From Octopus bimaculoides (taxonomy: Eukaryota), in assembly GCF_001194135.2 (NCBI RefSeq), contig NC_068986.1, forward strand, positions 59,987,487 to 60,051,486: a stretch of DNA of 64,000 nucleotides, read 5' to 3'. Position numbers and translations under genes: made by a program. Position 1 is the first letter of the stretch; each line of letters starts with the position of its first letter. The notes below the pieces were generated by a model. It saw only the letters and a list, made by a program, of their open reading frames with translations. It had not been told where the DNA came from and did no database searches. Below are positions 41,373-53,600 of the stretch, piece by piece.

Positions 41373-44300
41373 ATATATNNNNNNNNNNATATATATATTA
41401 ACAGAAGTCAATGTTTATAATAGGGAGATATTTAATAATACCTTGTAATATTGAAAGTTATAGCTTGATTCTCATTAAATTCCTTATATTACATTTGCTA
41501 AATAGATATTTATCTCTGGAACACAAATTCATTTTTCAAATAAGATTTCCTTTGTCCTAAATTTTTATTTTCATTTTCATGCTTTTCACCAAAATGTATC
41601 CAACAAGCTTTTCAATTCAGATATTCTCAACTTCCTTTCCTTAGTCAAAACCCTGTTTGATTAATCAGTAGAATTCATTACAAAACAGTTTCATGTTTAC
41701 GATTAAATAACTTGCCCTTTTAAAATTAAATATTAAAAAATAAAATACAATAAGCTGGTTGAGATTTTCTGAATAAGGCAGCCACAAGTGTTGGTATTTT
41801 TATTGCGCTAGATGACTTCAAATCTTGTGTTTTGTTTCATTTTTCTCTTTTACAGAGGATGACTCCTTGATCAATCAGAAAATGTTTAATTAAAGTAAGC
41901 ACTAACATACTAAATGTGGCAAGCAAAAAAACTTTTATTCTTAAGACCTCCTGCACTGAGTAGGTGTAAACACTGAGCCAATGCTTAAAATTGCCCTAGA
42001 CAAGGATTGACACCAAAATCTTAATTAATCAAAATTGTAAAATCAGTATGCAGTGGGAGAGGGAGGGGGGTGCCTCTGAACTGTGGCAATTCTGGATATG
42101 TTTTGGCCTCATTAGACCTTCTCAGCAAAGCAGTCTTATCATACCTACTGGATCTGTAATAAAAGCATTTTTATATGTGTGCACAGTCATGTGCATGTAT
42201 ATAAAAGTGAAATAATGTTGAGGTTTTTTTTCATTTGTTGATCGTCAAAGGGATGGTTGATCCTAGGTGAGGAAACATAAGATTGTAGGCTATTGTAGGT
42301 TGGCTGTGACCCATTCCAAGCAAAGGAATGGGTTTCGTCAATTTAGAAAGTAGATGCTAGTAATATGCAAGAGATTTGGTCACTAATTCTAATAGATCAA
42401 GCAACTGCAAAGAGACTTATCTGTTGGTGTGCCAGTTGAAAGTAAAATGTACACCAGAAATTAAAACTATATAAAAGTTGGATAGTGTTGGAGAAATCAA
42501 TGTCTAATTTGAAAAGATGAAGTAATGGATTTTACAAATAATTAAAATATGAAAGGAATAAGGAATGAAGAGTTATTGTTGATTTATGTCATTTAATTTA
42601 TAGTTTTGTGAAAAACAATAATGTGTTGATGACAGGAAGTGGAAAGACAGGTGCAGTGACAAAGCCAGTGAGTTTAGAAAAGTAGCAGCAGTTCTTGAAT
42701 TTAAAAGAAGAAAAATAGAAACTATGACCTAATTAAGGATCATTTTATAAAAGTCTATCTATCCATCCAATAATTACTTTCAAATTCAAGAGAAATATGC
42801 AACTAATGCAGTTTACATTTCATATGCATTTTAGTAAAGTTGTGGACAGGCACAAATTACCTGTGTAACATGGTTTTAATAAAGAAGGATTGCACATATT
42901 GTTAGGTCCTAACTATATGATTAACAAAATCTACTAAGGATTGTAAAGAGTTACTTCAAGTCAGAACAGAAATGGAATTGATCTGTCCAGAGACAGAAGC
43001 CACTGAAGAATTAATAGCCAGTGTATGATTCAGAACAATATATTTTCACTCTGAACAACATTAAAACTAGTGGATTGCAACAATTTCTATAAACTAAAAT
43101 CTAATGATAAATAGAGAATGAAGAAGATGTGAATTATAGATTGAAATTATTGTTACAACTGTATTACTTCACTTTGAAAAGTGAAGGACAATATTTTATG
43201 ATTTTCTGATTTTTGTTGCTAGAAAAAAAATCCCCAATAACAACTGTATGAGCAGGCAATTAGGCACAGTAGACAGTCAAATGGAATTGATTAGCTTTCC
43301 TAAAACTGTCTATCCTACATTTAATGATTGTTTATATTGACTTACAGTTAAGGAATTTTCAACCATTTTGCTACCAAAATTCCCTTTTAATTAACTGAAT
43401 TTCCCCTATACTCTAAGCCTTTGAAAAGTCTGTTTACTCAGTAAATTTTGAATCCATTTGATGAGTGCTCAGTATTATTTTTGTCAACCTCCAGGAGTCA
43501 ACAAAAGCAGTACTGGAAATCCATGAATTGTGATTGAGAAATACTGAGTTAAAACTTAAAAACAACTACTATTTTAAAGACAATAAGTTTTTATTGAACT
43601 TATTTATGCAGCTACTGTATCATATAATTTAATTTAGATAGAAGGACATAAAAGGAAGTATGTTGGACTAAATACATTAAACTCATAAAACCCTCAGTTA
43701 GGTTTAGTAGAGTCCACTTTGTTACATGTACCTTGTCTGAGGATAATATCTTGATGTACTACAATAACCTATAAGCCATGATCTCTTCCTTTTATTCTCC
43801 CAACAACCTCAGAGGCCCTTCATAAAAATCATAGGTGCTTTCCTCTCTCCCTTCACTAACCCATGAAAATTAGAATTTAAGTTTTGCCCTTTTTGCTCAG
43901 AGTTCAAATCCTATCGGATTTGTCTGTCTGTCTGNNNNNNNNNNNNNNNNNNNNNNNNNNNNCATGAACTTTTAACTAAACATAACAAATGTATAGCAAT
44001 ATAATAGAAAACAGAATGGTAGAAATATTATAGTGGAACAGGGGGCTAATTGAATTTAGTTTGGTCCCTTCTACACAAGTGGTTCTTAAATGTTATGTTG
44101 TGGTGAAATATAGGCGGGCTATGAATTTTCAAAAAATATAATTTTAAAATCTGGTATATGCATTTGAGGCAGTATTAAATCAAAATAGCCATCTATGAAA
44201 TCTTATCTAATGTATACACACTGTTGATAGGCCAGTTACAGTGGTATTTATTCTGAGACAATATCTCTTTTGGATGTGCTATGCTAAAAACTAAATATCA

Positions 44301-47300
44301 GAGAGATTAAAATTTCTCCTAGTACTCACAGCCAACCACATTTTCAGACAAGAATTGATCACTTCTGATATAGGAGGAAGTGAATAAAACATTCATTGAT
44401 GTTGTATGTCTCAATTGTCCATATTGAGTATTTATTCATTCAAGTGGCTATTTGCAAATTCAATGAATGTTTTAATCACTCTTTCCTATATCAGAGGTGA
44501 CAAATTCTTGTCTGAGAATGTGACTTGCTGTGAGCAAATGCCACTGAAAAGACCCAGAAGGCTGAAATGCATCTGGTGTTCTGCCTGGCCACTGCTGAAA
44601 TGAATTTTCATCTCTCTTGGATATTTATTGAGCTTTTTAACATAGTGCATCCATAAGAGTGTGTATGCATTAAGTATGATACATATATGGCTATATAATT
44701 GTATATCAGGTTTCTGAAAGTCTACATTAATGCTTGAGTGTCTTGAAAAATTTGTCTATTGGGTCATCCCAATAGGCAAATACTAATTGTACTAGCAAAT
44801 TAGTAAATCTTCCACATAATACCAGCAGCTAATTGGTAATCTCCTCCATAATATAAGTTAATAAGTAGATCTTCCATGTACTACTAACTAATTGGTAGAC
44901 TTTTCACATGCTACCAGCAAACCATTAGCAAGTATTTGAATGTTTAATTATTGCTTTTGTATAATTTTGTTATTACAAAAGGTTCAAAAGATGAAAAATT
45001 AGAAAAAAGAATTGGTTAACTATTTCAATACATTTGTAATAACACCAGTGTCTCTCTTACTAAATTTAGCCATTCATTCGGTTTATTTAGTACATACATA
45101 GCACACAAGCTAGCTTGCTGTATATGCCATTTTATATTATCTACAGATATCTCCAGTTAATCCCTTTCTGTTAGTTTAACAATGTAGCTTATTTTTCCTT
45201 TATGCACAAACACACAGCTAACATGTACTCACACACACACACACACACAAATTCACTTACAATAACACACACAAACAGGAAATAAACAGCATTAAAGTAG
45301 TAAATGCTACTAAATAATATGAATAATAATGATGTGTTCAACTTGAGTTCTCCAAGACAGTGACCTCCCTGTGTGGTTGCAGTCTAATGACTGAAGCAAG
45401 TTAAAGATAAAAGATATACCTCCCCAGCACATAGCTCGTCACATCCTCTCTTCCAGCCTACCCATTCTGGCAGGCTGAATCCTGCACCCCATTCACCTTC
45501 CCATACAATTTTACTAACTCCCCACCCTCACTCACTTGTAATCAGATTGTGCCTTGTGAGGCTACCTGGGCACCTTATCACTATTATCTATGTCTTGCTT
45601 CCCTCCTCCCTTTCTTTAGGAATCTAACCCCCCCCCCTAGTTCAACCCCTTTCTTCTCTAGCGTAAATTTGACCCTGCCCCCTCCATCCAAGGGCTCATA
45701 GTCTTGTGAACATCACAGTGATTTCAATAGTGCAAGTAGCATAAGAAAAGCATATGGTCTATGCTGTAAAGTGATTGGTGTTAGGAAGGGCATCCAACTG
45801 TGAAAACTATGCCAAAGCAGACACTGGAGCTTGATGCAGTCCTTGGATTTACTGCTTCCTGTCAAATCATCCAACCCATGCTAGTATGGAACATAGACAT
45901 TAGATGATGATGCTGGTGGTGGTGAAGTTTCTAACATGCATACCACTCAGAGAAAAAAAAATGGATAAGTAGGGAAGGAAGGAATAATGTGTAAAAGTGA
46001 AGGGAAAATACACAGATAAAAGACAGAGAGAAAAGTGAGAGAATGAAGACATAATAACAGTACCAGCAATAAATTTAAGATGTATTTATCCTAACTAGTT
46101 TCTAACATGAAAATAATGATCTCTGTCTACCAGAGGAAATCCATTATTTAGCAATACTTGTCACCTTTCTGAATGAAAAATAGTAAAACCAGACAAATAT
46201 CCCCAATTCCATGAATACAACAATTTAAACACTAAAAGAACCCAGCTGAAAAAAAAATAACTATGTACTACAAAACCATTGCCATTGCCACTGCAAAAAT
46301 TATTGGCTTTCTATTTACTCTTTCATCATTTTCAGCATTGGGTTTCGGCCATGCTGGGGCAGTGCTTTCAAGGGTTTTTAGTGTATTACATCAATCTCCA
46401 ACAGTTTAGTAGTTTTTGTTGAATTCAAAAGCAAGAAAGGAAAACTGACTTGGATGAAACTGAAACTCAGAACTTAAAAGAATGTAACTTGTCATTTTTC
46501 CTCACAACAGTGCCACTCTGGAACTGCCTTCCCATCCACATTTATCTGCTGTGTCATCATCTGACCAACCACCTAGCAACATGTGTGTGTATGTGTGTGC
46601 GCGTGTGTGTGTGAGTGACAGGGAGAAAAAAGGAAACAGATAGAGAGAAAAAAAATGAGAGAGAAAGACAGCAGTAGAGAGAGAGAGAGATAACAGGTAG
46701 TGATTCCCTCCAGTGTCTATTAATGGAACAATTTACCAATGGTACTAATAAATATAAACTCTACATCATGTACTGAGTACTTTCGTCAAATGCCAATGAG
46801 ATGATATTTATTTTTTTCAAGTATATATTGTTAAATATTTTTTTAAATACCTTTAATGGAAATATATGTACAAGAGTTATCTCTATAAATCCTTTTAAAT
46901 ATTTGATTTTATATATATAGAAAACAAAAATGATGTCAAGTTAAGTTTGAATTACTTCTTCCTAGCTTTAAATTGCTTCTTCAATCATCCACTTCACCTT
47001 AATATACCTTCCTACAGGTAATATGTGGCCTTGTTTTTTTATACTGCCTCTTAATACCAATATAGCCTGTTTGAGGCTACTCAGAACCATCTCACTTAGT
47101 CATTCTTCATCCATTAATATTGTTTTTCACACCCACATGCTACGGTGGCCACCCCCCCCTCTCAAAACCACCAAATTATCTCTCCTCATGCATTGCACCT
47201 GTTTTAACTCCCTACTCCACTCCTTCAGCCCACCCAAATACATCATATCTCTTCTCACTTTTGTCAACAATGAAAATCAAGACATAAGATGATGATGATG

Positions 47301-47477
47301 ATACATGACATTTACATCTGTTTATATATACACATATTTACACATATATGTATATATATATACACACATACATGCACACTAATATATGTTTACACACACA
47401 CATACATGTGCATTTATGAGAGAGAGAAGTACATACACACACATAGATTTAATTCCATACATATCCACACACTCTTG

Positions 47478-47523
<46 letters not shown>

Positions 47524-47927
47524 CATATACACAAATGGGGATTTTAACACACTGACAATGTACAAACAAACACAGCACTGATACTCACTAATTGCTCACA
47601 TATTCACTTAACACACACNNNNNNNNNNNNNNNNNNNNNNNNNNNNNNNNNNNNNNNNNNNNNNNNNNNNNNNNNNNNNNNNNNNNNNNNNNNNNNNNNN
47701 NNNNNNNGATTTTATCATAAGTTACAAGAGACAAAGCCACAATGCAAAACATAGTAGTTCAGAGCAGTACAGTGCAGCTAGCTTAATCAGTAGGTTAGTT
47801 ATAATAAAATTTCAGGCAGACAAGAGGGAGAGTGGAATTTTAGAGCTATGAATGTGGTTATTGCAAGTTCAGTGAAGTATAACAAGGAGTTTGGTTTTTA
47901 CATCATGTGACAATGACATAGTTGCAT

Positions 47928-47971
<44 letters not shown>

Positions 47972-48869
47972 TAGAGAGAGGGAGAGAGAGATAGAGAGAG
48001 CGAGAGAGAGAGAGAGAGAGCGAGAGAAAGAGAGAGAGAGAGAAAGAGAGAGGAGAAAGAGAGAGAGAGAGAGACAGACGGACAAAGACAGAGACAAAGA
48101 GAGACAGGTTAATCAGTATGGAATACACATCTGATACAAAAATGTTATTGCAGTGTCTCTACGCATTCTTCCTACATTAAAGATGAAGTGTAGAAGGAGG
48201 AGATAATATAGTATAAATTTGTAAAGGAAATACATAAATTTATGAAGTAATAAATAAATATATAAGGAGGTAAATATTAAAAACAAATGACAAGAGAAAA
48301 GAAAAATATCTTGTGGGGAGGTTCAAAAGGGTTGAAACTATACACACATAACTGTGTTTCTATGAATCTAGTAATATATATATATATATATATATATCTT
48401 TTACTCTTTTACTTGTTTCAGTCATTTGACTGTGGCCATGCTGAAGCACCACCTTTAGTCAAGCAAATCGACCCCAGGACTTATTCTTTGGAAGCCTAGT
48501 ACTTATTCTATTGGTCTCTTTTGCCGAACCGCTACGTTACGGGGACATAAACACACCAGCATCGGTTGTCAAGCGATGTTGGGGGGACAAACACAGACAC
48601 ACAAACATATACACACACATACATATATATATACATATATACAAAGGGCTTCTTTCAGTTTCTGTCTACCAAATCCAATCACAAGGCTTTGGTCGGCCTG
48701 AGGCTATAGTAGAAAACACTTGCCCAAGGTGCCACGCAGTGGGACTGAACCCAGAACCATGTGGTTTGTAAGCAAGCTACTTACCATACAGCCACTCATA
48801 TGCCTATATATATATTTATGTAGGCATTGCGAGACTAATAACTTGGTGTGTGTGTAGATAATACACAAA

Positions 48870-50180
48870 AATCCACATATTTGTAAAGCTTGCAAAGTTT
48901 CACCAAGCCTATGCATTAATGTTCCTCCCCCTACTGACCTCAAACTGAGACCCATCATTGCTGGCTCTGCTTGTGAAACCCACCGTTTGAGCAACTTCCT
49001 CGACATCTTACTCAAACCATTTCTAAAATATGTGAAAAGCTTCATCAGGGATGACTTAAACATGCTTAACCACCTCCCGAAGACAATAAATGAAGGAACC
49101 CTGTTAGTATCATTTGATGTGGTGAATTTGTACACCAATATCCCACACGATTATGGTATAGAAGTAATAACCTTCTGGCTAGAAAAATACCCAGAAGAGA
49201 TCCCAAGACGCATCAACCACAGATTCATAATCGCAGCACTCAAATTCATCCTACTGAACAACTATTTCATGTTCAATACAGTTTACTATCGACAAAAATG
49301 TGGAATTGCAATGGGAACCCAAGCTGCTCCAATGATTGCGAACCTTGTAATAGGTTACCTAGAACTTAAAATATATCAATCATCACTACAAAAATATGGC
49401 ACCTCTTTTCATTGCTATTTAAAGGAGAGCTGGAAGAGGTAGCTGGATGATTGCTTTATACTTAGGAAAGACAGCATGGACAAACTCCTCGATTTCAAAA
49501 TAATGCTTAACAATATTAATAGCAATATACAATTCACCATGGAACATAGCAGTAAACAACTCCCTTTTCTTGACATCCTAATTAAATAGTCAATAACCAC
49601 ATCGAAACAGACATCTTCTATAAACCCACAGATTCTAAACAATACCTATTATTCAACTCATGCCACCCCAAACACATAAAAATTAATATACCTTATAATC
49701 TAGCAAAAAGAATCTGTACCATAGTTTCAGACACTTATACTCATGAATGAAGACTCCTTGAACTCAGATCAATACTAATCAAAAGACATTACCCGATATC
49801 ATTAATAAATGATGGAATTAAACGAGCTAAGGAAATAGATATATGAACATTAATGGAAGTCAACCGAAATATTAAACCAGACTTAAAAATACTCCCATAC
49901 ATCTCCACTCATAACCCTAGAAACAGCGAAGCCTTTAACATTATCATCCAAAATCTACCCATCCTCAACAAGAGATAAAACAATGAACAAAATTTTAGGC
50001 TCACATAAAATTATCAAAAGCAAAATGCAACCTAAATCATTGAAAAAAGTATTAACCAGTGCAAGACTATATCCATTAACAACAGAACCAAAAGTGAAAA
50101 AATGTGGTCAACCTAACTGTGGTACTTACCCCCACCTTTTGGAGTGTTCAGAGTTCCACTTTAAACAAGGTGAAATATAA
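48870..50180 (+). mobile_element. PLE-B: Penelope-like reverse transcriptase, 5'-truncated and pseudogenised
   Basis: LRPIIAG, LVSFDVVNLYTNIPH, YRQKCGIAMGTQAAP, WKR*LDDCFI (YLDD with a stop), FLDIL, YKPTD, SCHP, KCGQPNC. Breaks off before the GIY-YIG domain. Confidence 0.9.
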
Positions 50181-50187
50181 GTTCAGA

Positions 50188-50781
50188 TAATCAGGAAATG
50201 GAGAAAAATTTTCATCAACAAACAAATTGGACTGCATCTGTAGATTATTTTTTAATACAAAACAACATTTCTATGACATAACATTTCTTACAGCCATTTC
50301 TGCTTCCAATACCAGTCGGTGCTTATGAAAGAATTTCAAAAATAATATTCGTCATCTTCATAGCACATTCGATCTAGTGAATACAAATGCGTAAAATAAA
50401 ATAAACGAAGGGAAGAGGGAATAGGAAAGAACAGGGCCTCGAGAAGAGGCCAGAAACGCTCAATATATTAAAATCATACCATCTTCCGGCAAGGGGCTTT
50501 GAGCCTTCTGACCTCTTCTCAAGGCCCTGTTCTTTCCAATTCCCTTCGTTTATTTTATTTTATGCATTTGTATTCACTTTGATGATGCTCCATGTACTAA
50601 ATCGAATGTTCTATGAAGATGGCGAATATTATTTTCGAAATTCTTTCATAAGCACCGACTGGTATTGTAAGCGGAAACGGCCATAAGAAATGTTATGTCA
50701 TGTTTTGTATTAAAAAATAACCTACAGATGTGATCCAATTTGTTTGTTTGTTGATCAAAAGTTTTCTCCATTTTCTGATTA
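50188..50781. repeat. Long palindrome (arms 50188-50463 and 50499-50781, 35-nt loop), pseudo-LTR-like; homologous to 53135-53430
   Basis: Arms are reverse complements by direct comparison. 50795-50930 is additionally an inverted homolog of 53010-53135. Confidence 0.85.
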
Positions 50782-50954
50782 ATTATATTTGTTTCCTGAT
50801 AAACTTTTGTTTCTTCTGTTGTTACCTATACCCTACAAGCATAATGTGCCTGCATACCCATGCCCAGGGTTTAGCACAGGTAACTGATACCGATAGTAAA
50901 TAAGGATATTTTTATCCTTTAGTCTGTTACTACAACCGTTAACTCTGCTTACCT

Positions 50955-51040
<86 letters not shown>

Positions 51041-51512
51041 ATGGACTCTCCCATTGAAGACGAAGAATGCGCATTCAGCTTTTTGCCAAATGACCTGCAC
51101 AAATTATTTGTTTACAGTGACAAATGTCCATGCTGCACATTAGCTCACTCTCTCCATCAAATTGTCATTGCCTGAACAGGTGCACTGTGTACTATGCATC
51201 AGGTGTCAAAGTGATTACAGAGTAATGAGATGAAGTGTTTTGCTTAGGAACACAACGCACCACCTGGTCTAGGAATTGAAATCACAATCTAGCAATCGTG
51301 AGCGCAACACCTCAACCACTGAGCTATGTGCCTTCACACATACACACACACATGCACACGTACACACACAGAAAAACACATGTATATGAGTGTGTGTATG
51401 TGTGTGTGTCTGTATGTATCTGTGCACATGCACACACACACATAAGGACGTATACATGTATGTACACATACATATATATATATGCAACATACATGTTCAT
51501 GGATATAGTTGT

Positions 51513-51555
<43 letters not shown>

Positions 51556-52379
51556 ATGTATATGGATAAAGAGTGATTTGTTGCTGTTGATGTACAAACT
51601 GGGAATTGATCAAGCATTGGCTGGGTCAACTGAAAGAACTGAAACCACCTGTGACTCCAGTAACGTCACTAATGATGCATCCCAGAGCATCCATCCACAA
51701 GATGTATCTTGAAGCTAAAGCTATATATATTCACATATGGATTGTAGTTCATCACAGCTGTTTCAGGCATGTTTTTTACTGATGAACAAAAGTATTAAAT
51801 CATGCAAAAAAAAAAAAAAATTAAAAAACGCTTTCATTAGGTGAATACAGGTAAGAATTATACATTTAGAACTTCACAAGAACAAGTACATGGTGCCATA
51901 AGAATCTACCAAGCCAAATTCAGTCAATACCTGAGAAAGTAAGGAATGGAAGAGGTAAAGCAGATTATGATCATTTTGTAGCAAAGCAATACTTGTTACA
52001 TAAGTTGTAACATACACAGAACTAGCTTTGCTAATCTTCAGGTCCTAATAGCTATAAGTTGTTTACATTGTCACATGGAAATGATCAAATGAATCATCAA
52101 ACTAACCACAGCATCAATGGCAAGATGAAAAGAGACAAAAACAAAATCAAAGGACCAATGAAAGTATTAGTTAAAGGGTAGGTCACCCAAAAAGGAATGC
52201 AGAAAGGACTAGCAATAAAATTCCTTCACACTAAGGCATCACAGAGATAGTAAGGGACAAATAATTGATAGTGTAAAAGTTCTAAACAGCTAATTTGATA
52301 AATTATTGGGACATACTGACAAAGGGGTAAAAGCTAAAGCCACAATTAGAATTTTCATGAGAAAAAGAATATATATATA

Positions 52380-52547
52380 ACTCCAACCACTCCGAGAGTG
52401 TAGTGGGTGATTTTACATGCCACCGGCATGAGGGCCAGTCAGGCGGGTACTGGCTACAGCCACGCTCGAAATGGTGTATTTTTTGTCAACTCGTCTAACC
52501 CATGCTAGCATGGAAAGCGGATGTTAAATGACGATGATGATGATGAT
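52380..52547 (+). mobile_element. Short RTE-tail-derived insertions (also 56712-56862, 57460-57652, 16385-16445)
   Basis: Carry only the AACCCATGCTAGCATGGAAAGCGGACGTTAAA(CGAT/TGA)n 3' terminus, with or without the AGGAAGGGCATCCAGCTGTAGAAAC motif. Confidence 0.75.
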
Positions 52548-52730
52548 ATATATGTATTAAATGTATATAAACAAAGATGAAAAAAGATGGAAATTGAAAC
52601 AGAGAGAGAAGAGAATAACATTAAAATTAAGGTATTTTAGCTAACATTGAATAGATACAATATTGGTTCATATGGTAAATACTATATACTGACAGTTGCG
52701 TTTTAGCCAAACCATCCAACAGTGGAGCAG

Positions 52731-52780
52731 TCACCACTGATGAGCTTTAATTTTAAGTGAAACTAGATTAGTATGGAGAT
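52731..52780 (+). ncRNA. Putative type I hammerhead ribozyme
   Basis: cca-CTGATGA(52737-43)-GCTT/AAGT stem II-GAAA(52759-62)-stem III ACTA/TAGT with GAT loop-GTA cleavage triplet (after 52773)-tgg pairing with cca, extendable past one mismatch. Confidence 0.75.
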
Positions 52781-53600
52781 CTTGTTCACTATGGGGCAGT
52801 TATCTCCCCCATCAGTGCATAGATATGTGCTTCTTTGCAGCTGTAAGGGTTTTAGCTCTTATTTCTAGCAATGTAGGTGCTACCCTGTACCGTCAGACAC
52901 AAATAGTAACAATTGAATTTTTCCTTTTTGGTTCATATTGCATATAGCTGCCTTCATTATTTTAGATATATATATATTTATAAATACAGAGTTAGCAGTT
53001 ATAATAACTGACTAAAGAATAAAATATCCGTGTATACTATCGGTATCTGTTACACCTACATTATCCCTGGGCATTGGTGTGCAGGCACACCATGCACACA
53101 GAGTGCAGGCAACAACAGGATAAACATGAGTTTATCATACCATGTTTTCTTTCCTTTTCCTTCTTCCCTTTGTTTATATTGTATGCTCTTGTCTTTTACT
53201 CTGATGAAGCCCTGTACCTTAATTCAAATACCCAATGAAGATGGAGAACTTTATTCTCGCATTTATTTGTAGACAGCATTTTGGCAACTGATCAGAAATG
53301 GCCGTAAGATATGTTATGTCACTTATTTACTATGTCATGCTTTGTATTAATGAATAAGCTATAAATGTGGTCCAATCAATGTGTTTGTTAATCTGAGGTT
53401 TTCTCCAATTTCTCATTATTTGCATTATATATATATATAGTATATTATTTTATGTGTATTAATATTATCTCAGTTATTGAAACTTTCGATAATTTGAATA
53501 CGTTAATAGTTACCAGGGGTAGCAAAATTACACTAAAAAACAAGATATCCCAGCCGATTTACAGGTTGATATACCGAGTTAACGTGATACATTTTGAGAA

